A stretch of 64,000 bases of DNA from Strigamia acuminata (GCA_949358305.1 OX442314.1:24056001-24120000); one strand, 5' to 3'; numbered from the stretch's first letter, positions 50,851 through 63,233 are shown. Made by a program: numbers and translations. The notes: generated by a model not told the origin, from the letters alone.

Positions 50851-51638
50851 TCAACTGAAAGGCGCGAGCTCCGCGAGGAAATGTTTAGAAAGTATGGAAG
50901 TCGATAAAATGTAAAAATCGTATTGAAGCCTGCAGTTAATCATTATTCAATTTACTGTACATGTCTACCGGTAATTATTTTTGTTTTAGTTTGTTTCATA
51001 ATTATATTAGTTCTTAAATGTCTAATAATTTCAGGACTTAAATGCGCTTAAATGTCTAATAGTTTCAGGACTTAAATGCGCTTAAATGTCTAATAATTTC
51101 AGTACTGGTTTATATGACTAATTGTTCTAGTTTATATATCTGGTAAAAACAGATTAATTTTTTTAAATAATTTTAATTAGAAAATTTATGAAAAGCAATA
51201 GAATTAAATTAAAAAAAAATTACTCCATCCAAAAAAAAAAATCACAAAACATTCAGTCACATTGTGTGTGCGGTTTTATTACTGGCTGATTTTTCTTTTC
51301 GTTCTGACATTTTTTCATATTCGTTTGCTTTGAAGTGCCTGTTTTTAACACGATCGCGTTGTACCGCATTGTTTTGCGCCGACAACAGACGGTAATGTCC
51401 ACAAATCAAGTCAAGTTGTCTTCACATATTTTACACTCTTTAGTTTTCACAGTGGGCCATTGCCAAGATTATCTTTCGAGGAACTACTCGTGTTATTCCA
51501 ATACACACAATCATTGAATTGGACATCGCAGCGCATGTCGCCTAAGCGTATATTTTCATCACTCCCTGGAAACACTAACGTCCCACTGGCCACATGGATT
51601 GTGGGTAGTTCTCGTCCTGAATGAAGACCACGTCATCC

Positions 51639-54600
51639 TTAACACAACACCGTGGTCAATCCTTCCAAAGTAAGTACTCTCCTGCACAAAATCTTTTTAA
51701 GACACACCTTGACGGGGCGGACCATCCTCTCCCACAATAAGCCCCACCACAGTGCACATCCCACAATAAACTTCCCTACGACACGATGTTTCATGAGAAC
51801 GACCACAACGACATTGACAAGAATAAACAGTGTCGTCAACACAAACACCACAAAGTACAGAGGCGTGAGGATTGTGGACACACAACAATTTTGAACGCAG
51901 TCCGGTGATGGATCACACTCATCTCTCAATGCGTCCTTCATTATAACACTCCAATTGTCTCCAATGACTACACGAAACAAAGTGAGAAATGCCATTCCAA
52001 AATTAGCAAAATGAGCATGTCCTCCTAAACCTTCACATGGATGAAATTCATCGCATTCTATTAAATAGAGAGCAGTAGTAAATTAAAATGTCAATACTTT
52101 ATTTTTATAAAATAAAAATTACCTATTGTTCCAAACAGTTCCACTCCTAATGCAGCAAATATAAAAATCAATAAATAGAAGAGGAGGCCCAGATTTACAA
52201 CCTGTGGTAATGCATGCATAACAGTGTCCAGGAATGCTCTGATGTCCTTGGCCATTTTGAGTGACTTAAGAACTGAAATTGAGAGTTTTACATTACATTT
52301 TTTAATAATAACTTAAAGCTGGCATAATATGAATAAAAAATTATACAATTTCCAATCCCAAATGCATGAGCACATAATAGAGTTACCGGTAATTAAACAG
52401 TCTGGTGAGGTACAGTACTTACACTTCACCAGAGGTTATGGAGGTTCTTTAAATTTTTTAATGAAGAAAAACATACGGTGTTGTTTCGTTTCGAGTTTTT
52501 TATCTCCTTTCTCTGCTCTTCTGGCCTTTTCTTCGTTCTCTTGTTCTTCATGACATCGATGGAAGTTTTCAAAGACTGCACCAACAAACATGCTTAAAAC
52601 GAAAAATCCCACAAGCAGTAGGAAAGAGATGAAATACAGCAGACGCCATTCGCTGTAATTCTCTATCGGCTGAAATATACACAAAATAATAAATATCAAA
52701 ATTAAATTAACCAAACACTTTTAATAAATAAATTCCCACCTGTTGGTCTACTCCAACAGCGTCCAATCCATGAGGTATAATATCGACCCAACCGTCTTTA
52801 GAAGACATCACGAAAAGCGCCATCAACGCCTAAATAAAATATAACAAAAAAAAATCATTATTTTATTTTGACTTTACTTTTGTATTTTTTCTTTTATTAT
52901 TTACCACTTACCAGTCCTAAATCATCAAAATTGTATCGTCTATTTAACCACTCGTTTCGTGGATCGGCTTCGCAATCGGTTCGATTTTTAATTCCCTTCA
53001 TCTCAGGACCTTGGCAGTAATAAAAAGTTCCTTTAAACAGCTAAATTAAAGAGATTTCATTAAAATTATTAAAATTGCAAAATATAAGTACTGTAAATAA
53101 ATAAATAAATGAATAAATGAATGACAAAAAAAACTTTTTTTATACATGAACTCCAAGAATTCCAAAAATGATGAGAAAAGTACCACAGATGAGAACATTG
53201 TTACGAATGCGTAGGAGGGAGGACAGAACAGTTTGCACAGCTAATTTCAGACCAGGTGCACGGTTTATTACCCTTGAATAAAAAATAAAACAAAAAAAAA
53301 TAATATCAATACAAATAAACAGTAATAACTTGGGTGAAATGTTCTGTAAAGAGCTACTGTAAAGAAGTTGATGTTATTAGTTGCATTCAAAAATAGATAA
53401 CATTCAGTTATTCCTCTTTATTTTCTCGACAAATGACGAGCAAAACAGAAAACAAAAGCCGTTCTATAGTTTTCGCCCGGCCAGCACCAAATTTGCGCGA
53501 CCCAAATTTGCGCCGTCTTTATTTTGGCTCAAATTTGCGCCGGCCCAAATTTGCGCGATTCAAATTTGCGCCGACCCAAATTTGCGCCGGTCCAAATTTG
53601 CGCCGGTCCAAATTTGCGCAACATACGTTACGACTGACCACCAGGGCGCGCATTGGGATACCCTCAACCCCCTTTGCGGGGTTTCTTCATTTCGTCGCCC
53701 TTCATTTAGTTGCCCTTTATTTAATTTCCGACCAACACTCAATGGAAGGAGAATTGCTTAAAAAAAAGTGGTAAGGTTAGGTTCGCGGGGGGTCAAGGGG
53801 GGGCGCTAACCCCCCCTTGTTAAGCATTCTTAGGAATACGAGAGGCGGACTCAGCCTAACAGCGGCGGCGACGAAATGTTCTGCGCATGCGTCGCGCTAA
53901 TTTGACCACGCGCAAATTTGGGTCGGCGCAAATTTGAGTCGGCGCAAATCGCGCAAATTTGGTTTGCGCAAATTTGGGTCGGCGCAAATTTGAATCGCGC
54001 AAATACGGGTCGCGCAAATTTGATTTGCGCTAATCTGAACCCTGCCCACCAGGCGCAAAGGGCAGGGTTACTAAATCCGGATACTAAATCCGTACTGCGC
54101 ATCCCATTCTGCGCATTTGTTATTTAGCAGTATTAAGTTTAATCCATCCATATATTTGGATATAAATCATAAAATAAACGTTTGTTATTGCATGAACATC
54201 TGCATTGAAATTAAATGCGTACCTGAGGGGTCGAAGAGACCGGAGAAGTCGAAAAACTCGAAGAATATCAAAAATATATGAACTAGAAGTGGAAAAGAAA
54301 TTTATGATGATGTCGACAAGTGAAATAATAACTAATGTGCCATCCATAACATTCCAGCCACTGCAAAAATAAGCATGTCTTCCATACCACAGTCCGAAAC
54401 CGACTACCTGTAATAACAACACGAAATTGTTTAGATAAAATGGTTACCGCAATAATTTTTTTTTCTTTTACACTTACCTTGACCAACATTTCCAATGCAA
54501 AAACAGCAGTGAAGATGTAGTTGGTGATTGTTAAAAACTGTCGTTCATGGCTGCTAGGCGGTATATTGGGTCGTTCCATGGCCAGAGTGACACAATTAAA

Positions 54601-54670
54601 ACCGATAAAGGCTATAATACCGTAATCAAACCACTTTTGTTCTATTAAATTAGCGCACATTTTTCGAAAT
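51639..54670 (-). pseudogene. Ca-alpha1T: Partial T-type voltage-gated Ca channel alpha-1 (Cav3) duplicate: domain III and domain IV S5-P-S6
   Basis: Exons 54670-54478, 54407-54223, 53272-53146, 53040-52912, 52829-52740, 52669-52477, 52272-52123, 52057-51639. S4 LRVFRLLRSLRPLR; pore motifs SKDGW (III) and GDNW (IV), the Asp/Asp pattern of T-type channels. Domain IV S1-S4 and the normal C-terminus are absent, and many conserved residues are substituted. Confidence 0.8.
53480..54040. repeat. Intronic foldback/MITE with inverted arrays of aaatttgcgc
   Basis: caaatttgcgccg repeats at about 53488-53620, mirrored by gcgcaaatttg repeats at about 53910-54030. Confidence 0.7.
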
Positions 54671-54809
54671 CTGTAAACAATAGTTAAATAATAACCATCT
54701 ATCTATCTTAATGCGCACTTTCTTTGCAATATAAAATAATAAACCTCATTTGCAATTTCATTAACCTTAATGGTTAAAAGACACAATACGCCCAATGTGT
54801 TGACTGTTG

Positions 54810-55010
54810 ACTAAAGGAAGTCATTCCAGATAACTGGTATCAAAAACGTGATAGCCAAGTCGACAAAGTTGTTATCTTATCTGATATCTCTAAAATAAAA
54901 TTGAACATTTAAAGCTGATATAAAAAGTTACTGTTGAAAATACTTTCTCTAAAATAATTTTATTTATTCAATTTTAAGCTCATTCATAGTATTGAAGTAA
55001 ATTCAGAATC
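54810..55010 (+). pseudogene. Remnant of the ADI intron end, acceptor and exon-2 start (remnant copy 4)
   Basis: Matches 37098-37260 (actaaag.aagtca..., ctgttgaaaatact..ctctaaaataat.ttatttattcaatttt.ag|ctca), then jumps to attgaagta.attcagaa (IEV.SE), with the signal peptide deleted. A shorter match lies at 49292-49314 plus 49950-50030. Confidence 0.7.
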
Positions 55011-56197
55011 TAGAATCAAACCATGGCATTAAAATTCGTATAAAAATATCAGATTTTTAATTTTTGTAGCAAAAATAAATTTGGCAGTGACTTTACAAAA
55101 AAAATGGGGGTGGCCTAAATATAGAATATTGTCGGTTTGACGCAAAAGAAATGTATAAAATTAACATAATCAGTAATTATGTCATCAATTTTTTGCCATT
55201 TTTGAATTGTATTACTCGCGATTTTCTTAGTTTAAAGCAATCCCTTGTACAAAACTTGTAACCACTGTATACATATAGCGATTGAAGGCACTGGGGCTCT
55301 CCAAACAACAAATTGATAGAAGATTAGGAAGGAACTGGAAGAAATTAATCAATTGCATCGAAAATTCTAACCCAAACATGAAAACCAAATGTGAAAGTAG
55401 ACGAGGAAGACCAAAATTGACTATGCAGTGAGCATTGTCCTGCTGAAACACCCATTTGTTGCCACAATTTTCCATCCAAATGGCAACAAATGCACGTTCA
55501 ACACTTTTTTATACTTCTGTGAATCTCTCCGACGGGGCTCCGACGGGGCTCCGACGGGGCCCTGACGGGGCTCAGACCTAAAAGTATCCAAAACCTCTTT
55601 GAAAATCGTAAGCAATTTACACAAGAAAACACCATTTCTTCCAACAATCAATTGTTAAGTTTAGATTGGCTGCCATTTTGTTTGAAATTGATTTGTCCTA
55701 ACCACAGGTCAAGATGACGTCACTGGGCAGAAAGTAATCTGATTGGCTTGTGGGTTTTTCTGCAGCAGAAAAAATAGGAATAGTCTATTTTAGACTTCTA
55801 AACCTGATGTTTAGAAAGTCTTATGAAACGGTCATGTCCGTCCATCCGTCTGTCCGCATCCATATCTCAAAAGCTATAGCCGCTAGAGCCAAACGGACAA
55901 TTCCATAAAACTCAGCGTACCTGTATTAGGATCCTAGGATCTTTTCGCAATTTTTCGACCTCCGGTTGAATTAATAAACTGGTTTTAGTCCACTTTTAGC
56001 CGTCTAATTTAAATAATACTACTTCCGTTCGCGCATCGGAAGTTGTAACATTGTACTAACGCCACCTGCCGGATCCCGTGAGCCATGAAATCTTCGTCGC
56101 GATACGTTTTTTTATGTTTACTATATGGAAATGAAGTCCAAATATTCTGGAACCAAGCCCAATCGATTGAAAATCCAAATCTGCATGACCCTGTATA

Positions 56198-57418
56198 CAG
56201 GGTGGAACAAAAGTCTATTCCCCTCAAATATTTCCTCAGCAATTGCATCTAGGCCAACTTTGATGAAGCAATCGTATAGGAAGTTGGGTGAGAGCAATCC
56301 AATGATCTCATCAAATTTGACCTTGACGGCTATTTTCAAGGATATTCACTTGCTAACTTCTAAACCAATCAGGTTAGAGCAAAAAAGTCAATTACAAAGT
56401 TGTAGAGCACCATCAAATTAGTACTATTCAACTTATCTTAGTCATCTTAAGTTAAATGTTTTCCTTTTAAAAAGGAGACAAATCAGCTGAAATAAAGCCA
56501 GCCATTGTGACAAAACTTAAATTTCTATCACAAAAATACTGAATTACTTAAATAAACGTATTCAAATGTGCATCATTATGCAAGTAAACAAGAAAAACCA
56601 CTGCCTTTTTTTAATGCCTCAATAATTATTTTATCACAAGATTAACCCTTGGCTATACGGATTTATGAACAAGCTTTTTCTTGAATAGGAAAATTTTTTT
56701 TCCTACGAATTTTTTTTGTTGAAAATTTGTGACTTTGTTGATCGGATAATAAAGTAAATCTCGGGTGAAATTTGTAATAATTCATCATTTATTTAATTAA
56801 ATATTCAACTTGGAAATTTTCTGCCCCTTAAAACTCCAGCATAACTTTTAAGCTGGCTTTGCTGTATTTGTAAACAGCGCTTCAGTGAACAGCTTTTCGC
56901 ATTTACCAGTAGTGATTAAAACCACCTCCAGATGGCTCAAATCTATTTATTTTTATTGTTTAGGCATTACGTTCTCAATAAAATTAGTTCCGAACTAAAA
57001 ACAAACTACATGGCGCTTTAACCAATCGACTTAAAAATTGTCCATAAATCCGTAATGGCTAAACCAGAACGGCACATTTTATCCTTATGCCTCCGAGGGT
57101 TAAAAAATTTCACTTTGCTGATTTTTTTTCTGATTTGTCTCCTTTTTAAAAAGAAAACATTTAACTTAAAATGACTAAGATAATTTGGATAGTACTAATT
57201 TGATGATGCTCTACAACTTTGTAATTGACTTTTTTGCTCTAACCTGATTGGTTTAGAAGTTAGCAAGTGAATAACCTTGAAAATGGCCTTCAAGGTCAAA
57301 TTTGATGACATCATTGGATTGCTCTCACCAAACTTCCTATACGATCGCTTCATTAAAGTTGGCCTAGGTGCAATTGCTGAGGAAATATTTGAGGGGAACA
57401 GACTTTTGTTCCACCCTG
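56198..57418. mobile_element. Non-autonomous Tc1/mariner-like element with long TIRs
   Basis: ta|cagggtggaacaaaagtct ... agacttttgttccaccctg|ta; TIRs of about 290 bp explain the mirrored ORFs at 56121 and 57277. Confidence 0.85.
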
Positions 57419-57552
57419 TATATTTTTTTTTTATTTGGTCGAAAAAAAAGTGGCATTACAACCCACCAAAGTGGGCGATCGAATCAGAAATTCAGAGGGA
57501 AATTTGAAAATGTTCATAGCGATTCGTTTTTTGATGTTTTCTATGTCGTAAT

Positions 57553-60500
57553 TGTTATGAATCAAGTAAAAACGGTTGAAGTTTAATCAAGTATAAAGCA
57601 ACTTCACTGTTCTACATCAAGTGAAAGAGTGGGGAAAAAACACAGGAAGGATGTTCACTCCATATATGGTAGGAGTGTCACCACAGGATATAAAAAACTC
57701 AAACTACACTAATTGTACAACGACATCAAGTGGTGATTTTCCACATCAAATATCCCAACAAATTCCCCCAAAATCAACAATTCGATTTCGTCACAAAAAG
57801 AACACTTCTTAATAAACACAATTATGCAAAAACAATTCTTCAATTCTCATGGTGATCTACAACTAACAAATCAAATAAATTAAAGTTAAGCACTGCACAC
57901 GATAAAGTCATTATTCCCCCACAGTCTTTAGTCCTAATGCTTCTAGTATTCTGTTCAGTGCAGGTCCGGCTAAAGGCTTCGTTAAAAAGTCTGCTAACAT
58001 GTCTTGGCTTGCGACATGTTCCACAATAATGTTTCCATCCTCAATCTCTTGCTTGATGAAATGCACCTTTCGATTCAAATGCTTGGTCCTAGTCTTCTGT
58101 GCACCGCCTCGCAACAGTTTCACCGCGTTCAAACTGTCACAGTGCATCGTTGTGGCATTTCCGTCGTCGACTTCTCCATTTAGTCCAATTGCGAGCTGCT
58201 TTAACCAAATTAATTCGCGCACTCCTTCGGTCAGCGCCAAAAGCTCACTCTCTGTACTCGACATTGCGACAATCGCCTGTTTCTGGCACTTCCAGTTAAT
58301 AATCGAACTTCCGTCAAGTGTGATGAATCCGGAGAACGATCGTGCGTTCGATGTCCGGTCCCAACTCGCGTCCGAGTAGCCGTGGATGTGGCTCTCTTCT
58401 CCTCCGTAACTGAGCTTGTAGTTCGTCGTCCCCTTCAGGTATCTCAGCACACGCTTCAATGCTGTAAAATGGATCTTTCGTGGGTCCTTGTTATATTGCG
58501 ATAACAGGTTCATCGGGAAACTCAGGTCTGGTCTCGTGTGTGTGGCAAGGTACATCATCTTGCCCAGCAGTTCTTGATACTGTGTTGCGTCAATTTTCTC
58601 GCTGTCGTCAAATTCGTCCAAATTTTGATTGGGGTTCACTGGTGTTATTGCCGCATTGCATTCTTCCAATCCCTCGCTCTCCACCAATCTTTTTATGTAT
58701 CCGCCTTGGTGGATGTTGATTCTTCCATTTCTATATTCGACTTGGATTCCCAGGATGTATTCCAGTCTGCCTATGCTCACGAACTCAATTTCTTCCTTCA
58801 TTCTTGACATTAGTTCCGTCTCAAATTCATCCGTGGATGCTAAGGATAAGTCGTCGTCTACGTATACGCCAAGGAACATAAAGTTGCCATCAACAAAAAT
58901 CACGTAAAGGCATGGGTCCTCTGGAGATGGTTTGAATCCAATTTTCTTCAATGTTTTGTCCAGCATCTCAAACCAACATCTCCCCGCCTGTTTTAATCCA
59001 TAGATGCTCTTAATTAGTTGACAAACATGTCCTTTTCCTCCTTCAACATATCCTTCTGGCTGTATCATAAATATCATCTCCTTCAGCTTGCCGTGAAGAT
59101 ATGCAGCTTTGACGTCATGTTGTTTCAATGGTCGGTTAATTTTTGCTGCTACATTAATCAGCATTCTGAGAGTCTCTATTCGTATAACCGGGGCAAAGGT
59201 CATCTCATAATCGTCCCCGAATTTCTGCGAGTATCCAGTGGCTACTAGTCTTGCTCGGAATCTTTCCGGTTCCCCCTCGGAATTTAACTTCACTTTATAA
59301 ACCCACTTGGATTTCACCGCCTTCTTTCCTTTTGGCAATTTTCCAATTTTCCACACTCCGTGTTGTTTCATCGAACTCATTTCGTCATCCATCGCGGCCT
59401 TCCATTCCGTCGCGTTGTTGGAATTTGTCGCTTCATTATAATTTTTCGGCGTTAAGATTTCTTCTACTAGTAATGCCATTTGCTTCGTCTTAATTCTCTC
59501 GGATCTTCGCGCTCCCTGGGCGACCAACTGTCGTTCACGTTCCTCTCTTTGCACTTTATCGGCGACCAACTTCATTTCTTTGGTTACCCCTGCTGGTCTC
59601 CCCCTCTGTGGTGGTTCGTCACGTTCATCTTGTGCGTCATTTTCTTCCGCGTTGTCCTCTGGTTCATTCGTTTCATCTTCTTCTTCATTTATCTCGTTTT
59701 GCTCTTCATCCTCGGCATCGTCTGATTCGTCTTCATTTTCTTCGCAGTTCAGATCGATTTTAACTGTCTCCTCTTCATTGTCTTGGATTTCCCCATTCAG
59801 CAAGTCTGCGCCCGTTTTACTTTCGTCAAATTTTACATCGATTTCTTCGCTTATCGAGTCGTTTTCTGGGTGGTAAATCCGGTACGCTTTTCTTGTGTTT
59901 GAGTAGCCAATAAATATTGTTTTTTCCGCCTTTGGGTCCAGTTTCTTTCGTTTGTGGTCTTTAATTAGCACATATGCTATACATCCAAATCTTCTCAAAT
60001 ATTTTAAATTTGGCTTCCTCCCAAACCATATCTCAAATGGTGTGCGTCCATGGACTGACGATTTGCATCGGTTGCGGATGTGTGCCACTGTCGATGCACA
60101 CTCCGCCCAAAAAATCTTCGGCAGTTTGCAATCTTTCAATATTGCTCTCAACATCTCCAAGATTGTTCGGTTTGTGCGTTCCGTGACGCCATTGCTAGCT
60201 GGATTAAATGCCGTGGTCAGCTGGTGTTCAATGCCTCTTTTTGTCGTCCATTCTTTCATGCTTTTGGATAGGAACTCGCCTCCATTGTCGCTCCTTAATT
60301 TCTTTAGCTTCTTGTCATTCTGTCTTTCCATGCATGTAATGAGTTCCGTCAGTTTTTCTTTCGCGTCGCTTTTTGCATTTAGTGTTTTTATCATCAACAT
60401 CCTACTCCAATCGTCCACTACTGTCATCACGTAGTTTGCACCTCCTCGAGATTCGGGTCCAATTGGTCCAATTAAATCAATGTGCCACAATTCCATAATG

Positions 60501-62574
60501 CTTGACGATTGGCGGTCTGTTACCGACTTGTGCGACGCCTTTTTCATTTTTCCCGCAATGCATGGTTCACACACGCCGCCATCTTTGCTGCTGATTTGTA
60601 AGCCATATGCCAGTTCTTCATTTTTCATCTCTCGCAGGGTGTTGTGATTTAAATGTCCCAGTCTCACGTGCCAATTGTCGCCTTTTTCCTCCGCTTTGTA
60701 CGACTTCTCGCATTGTTTAATGTTCGCGTGCAACACAAACATGTCTCCCTTTCTCGGTACCGTCATAATTTCTTCTCCATTCTCATCGTCAATTGTTGCG
60801 CTCGTTTTGGAGAATGTGACTTTTAGTCCATTATCGACAATTTTCGATACTGATAACAAATTGCTTCCAATTTGCGGCACGCACAACACCTTCTTCAATC
60901 TGGAATTTTTCCCGTCGTGTTCGAGCACAATCTCGCCCATTCCAATCGATTTCATGCTTTTGCCTTTTTTCGCCATTCCGATGTTCTTCTCATCTTCATC
61001 AAATACGTCAAAATGTTTCGCATCTAGTGCCGTCATGTGGCTTGTTGCTCCTGAGTCTAATACCCAATCGCTCTCTCCATCTGGTTCTTCATTCGTCTCT
61101 TCATCATTCATGTTTTCATCCATCTCGTACGTCATAAGTGTGAATTCAGGCTTTTCCTCATACGCCATCATTGATATTTCGCTTTTTCCTCTCCCGCGAC
61201 CTCGCTGATTGCCTCTGCCTCGACCACGTCCTCTTGAGTCGCCACTTTTAAACTCTCGTTTGGGTTTCGAACAATCTTTCGATAAGTGGCCAAACTCCTG
61301 GCAGTTGAAACATTTTGCCTCACTGTAGCATTCTCTCGCCATGTGTCCTCCACGGCCACAGTTGAAGCATGTGCGCTTTGGCTTTTGTCCCTTCTCTCGT
61401 GTTTTTAGTGCAGCCTCGTTCAATGTCGTATTTTTCTCTTCTTTTCTAGTTGAAATTCGACCTTCTTCCATTTTTAATATGTCACGAATTTTTGACATGT
61501 CCAAATTTGCCTGTACTTCAATTGCGCGCACATTCGCGTCAAATTCTCGTCGTAAGCCTTTTGTCACATAAAACTTGCTCTCATAGTCGTCAATTGGTTT
61601 GCCAAGTTTCGCACAGCGGTTGATTATGGCTTCGGCTCTGTTTATGTAGGTGTCTACATCTTCTTTACTGCTCATCTTTAGCTGCGTCAGCTCGCAGGCA
61701 CTTCTCATCTGTAATTCTTGGGTTTTCGCCGCCATGTTGGTTTTTACCAGATCCCAAAGTGCTTTTGCTCCTTTTGTGTTTGAGTACTTCAAGACTTGTG
61801 GTGCAGTCATTGTACTGATCATCGTGAAGTGGGCCGCCGCGTTTTTGTCGTCCCATTCGTCCCAAGTTTTCTCTTTTGCGGCAAAATCCGCTTCTCCTTG
61901 AACTCCACGTTGCGGTTCGGCTCCTACAATTACTTCTTTCCACAATTTCTTGGCTCTGAGGATTCCCTCCACTCTTGATTCCCGTAGGAAATAATTCGCA
62001 TCATTTAATGGCTCAATGTTTGCCAAACTCCAATTACCGGTATCGCTCATCTTTGTTTGTTTCGTCTCAAATTGCACGTATTGTTCAACTTTTTCTTCCG
62101 TCTCGGTTCTGTGGCACAATCTCAATATTGTTTACTCGTAATTCACCTCGAATCGAATTGTTGCTCACAGTCTTTGTTAAAGTTGTTTCTCGTCGTCTCG
62201 TATCGTGCTCTTCAAGATGGCGCGGCGTTGCTCTCGATTTTCGCCTCGTGGTTGCTCTCAACGTCGCCTCGAATCTGCTCAAAACTTCTTGTTTTTCGGT
62301 CTCAATACCGTTTTTCATCAATTCAATGTGGCTGATGATTGTTCAACCTTGCTCTCTGCTACCATTTGTTATGAATCAAGTAAAAACGGTTGAAGTTTAA
62401 TCAAGTATAAAGCAACCTCACTGTTCTACATCAAGTGAAAGAGTGGGGAAAAAACACAGGAAGGATGTTCACTCCATATATGGTAGGAGTGTCACCACAG
62501 GATATAAAAAACTCAAACTACACTAATTGTACAACGACATCAAGTGGTGATTTTCCACATCAAATATCCCAACA
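57553..62574 (-). mobile_element. Full-length Ty1/Copia LTR retrotransposon (5,022 bp)
   Basis: 208-bp LTRs at 57553-57760 and 62367-62574 (TG...CA; one mismatch seen), 5-bp TSD GTAAT, PBS TGGTAGCAGAG (tRNA-iMet) at 62364-62354, PPT (minus GGGGGAATT) next to the left LTR. Confidence 0.97.
57911..62050 (-). CDS. Copia Gag-Pol polyprotein (Gag, 2x CCHC, PR, IN, RT, RNase H)
   Basis: Single intact ORF, first ATG at 62050. CFNCGRGGHMAREC and CFNCQEFGHLSKDC knuckles, WVLDSGA, WHVRLGH...CEPC, SDNGGEF, YGLKQAG, YVDD, ADFLTK; IN precedes RT. Confidence 0.96.
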   Translation of the reverse strand: MSDTGNWSLANIEPLNDANYFLRESRVEGILRAKKLWKEVIVGAEPQRGVQGEADFAAKEKTWDEWDDKNAAAHFTMISTMTAPQVLKYSNTKGAKALWDLVKTNMAAKTQELQMRSACELTQLKMSSKEDVDTYINRAEAIINRCAKLGKPIDDYESKFYVTKGLRREFDANVRAIEVQANLDMSKIRDILKMEEGRISTRKEEKNTTLNEAALKTREKGQKPKRTCFNCGRGGHMARECYSEAKCFNCQEFGHLSKDCSKPKREFKSGDSRGRGRGRGNQRGRGRGKSEISMMAYEEKPEFTLMTYEMDENMNDEETNEEPDGESDWVLDSGATSHMTALDAKHFDVFDEDEKNIGMAKKGKSMKSIGMGEIVLEHDGKNSRLKKVLCVPQIGSNLLSVSKIVDNGLKVTFSKTSATIDDENGEEIMTVPRKGDMFVLHANIKQCEKSYKAEEKGDNWHVRLGHLNHNTLREMKNEELAYGLQISSKDGGVCEPCIAGKMKKASHKSVTDRQSSSIMELWHIDLIGPIGPESRGGANYVMTVVDDWSRMLMIKTLNAKSDAKEKLTELITCMERQNDKKLKKLRSDNGGEFLSKSMKEWTTKRGIEHQLTTAFNPASNGVTERTNRTILEMLRAILKDCKLPKIFWAECASTVAHIRNRCKSSVHGRTPFEIWFGRKPNLKYLRRFGCIAYVLIKDHKRKKLDPKAEKTIFIGYSNTRKAYRIYHPENDSISEEIDVKFDESKTGADLLNGEIQDNEEETVKIDLNCEENEDESDDAEDEEQNEINEEEDETNEPEDNAEENDAQDERDEPPQRGRPAGVTKEMKLVADKVQREERERQLVAQGARRSERIKTKQMALLVEEILTPKNYNEATNSNNATEWKAAMDDEMSSMKQHGVWKIGKLPKGKKAVKSKWVYKVKLNSEGEPERFRARLVATGYSQKFGDDYEMTFAPVIRIETLRMLINVAAKINRPLKQHDVKAAYLHGKLKEMIFMIQPEGYVEGGKGHVCQLIKSIYGLKQAGRCWFEMLDKTLKKIGFKPSPEDPCLYVIFVDGNFMFLGVYVDDDLSLASTDEFETELMSRMKEEIEFVSIGRLEYILGIQVEYRNGRINIHQGGYIKRLVESEGLEECNAAITPVNPNQNLDEFDDSEKIDATQYQELLGKMMYLATHTRPDLSFPMNLLSQYNKDPRKIHFTALKRVLRYLKGTTNYKLSYGGEESHIHGYSDASWDRTSNARSFSGFITLDGSSIINWKCQKQAIVAMSSTESELLALTEGVRELIWLKQLAIGLNGEVDDGNATTMHCDSLNAVKLLRGGAQKTRTKHLNRKVHFIKQEIEDGNIIVEHVASQDMLADFLTKPLAGPALNRILEALGLKTVGE

Positions 62575-62947
62575 GTAATGAGGTCCAAAAATTCTGAAAC
62601 TAAGTTCATTTTGAAGACCGGACAATTGCGCACAAGCCTGTATTTTTTTCTATTGCGATTCGGTCGTGAAAAAGTACCGATTCGGGCGATCTTAGCGGGC
62701 GATCGAATAGGAAATTTATTCAAAATTTGGATTCGACCAAGAAAAAACCTAATATTTTGAAAAAAGGACCGATTAGAATGTTTAAACAAAGTTTCCTGTA
62801 TAGATTTTGCCGCTGAAAACGATGGTGCTAATAACTTTTCGATCGGATTAACGGTTGACTTTTTAGTAACAAAAATCGATCTTATTTGTGTGATTATATT
62901 TTGGTGTTTAATTTAGGGACAGACGGACAGATATATTTTTATACAGA

Positions 62948-63233
62948 AACAAGCTGGGATTTGTAATGCAGGAAAGCATTACATATTAGACTTCTAAACC
63001 CTGTCCTTTTGAAAGAAAATAAAGTAATTTAAAAAAAAAAATTTTTTTGCCAATATAAAGCAACAACAAACAAAATCCCACCAAAATTTGATATGATATG
63101 CTGCGGACAGACAGACAGACATGACTGTTTCATGAGACTTTCTAAACATCAGGTTTAGAAGTCTAAAATGTAGAAGTGGTTTAGAAGTCTAATATGTAAT
63201 GCTTCCCTGCATTACAAATGTGTACTTGTTTTT
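62948..63233. mobile_element. Helentron/DINE-1-like non-autonomous repeat pieces
   Basis: (GACA)n/(GTCY)n microsatellite; inverted atttgtaatgcagg..agcattacatattagacttctaaacc blocks ending in cttgtt. 63102-63167 is the reverse complement of 55787-55860. Confidence 0.45.

Noticed and set aside
53381..54127. Repetitive KFAP/AQI proteins
   Set aside because: Translations of the aaatttgcgc repeat arrays within a Cav3 intron.
56009..57586. Pairs of near-identical ORFs on opposite strands
   Set aside because: Artefact of the 290-bp TIRs of a non-autonomous element; no transposase motifs.
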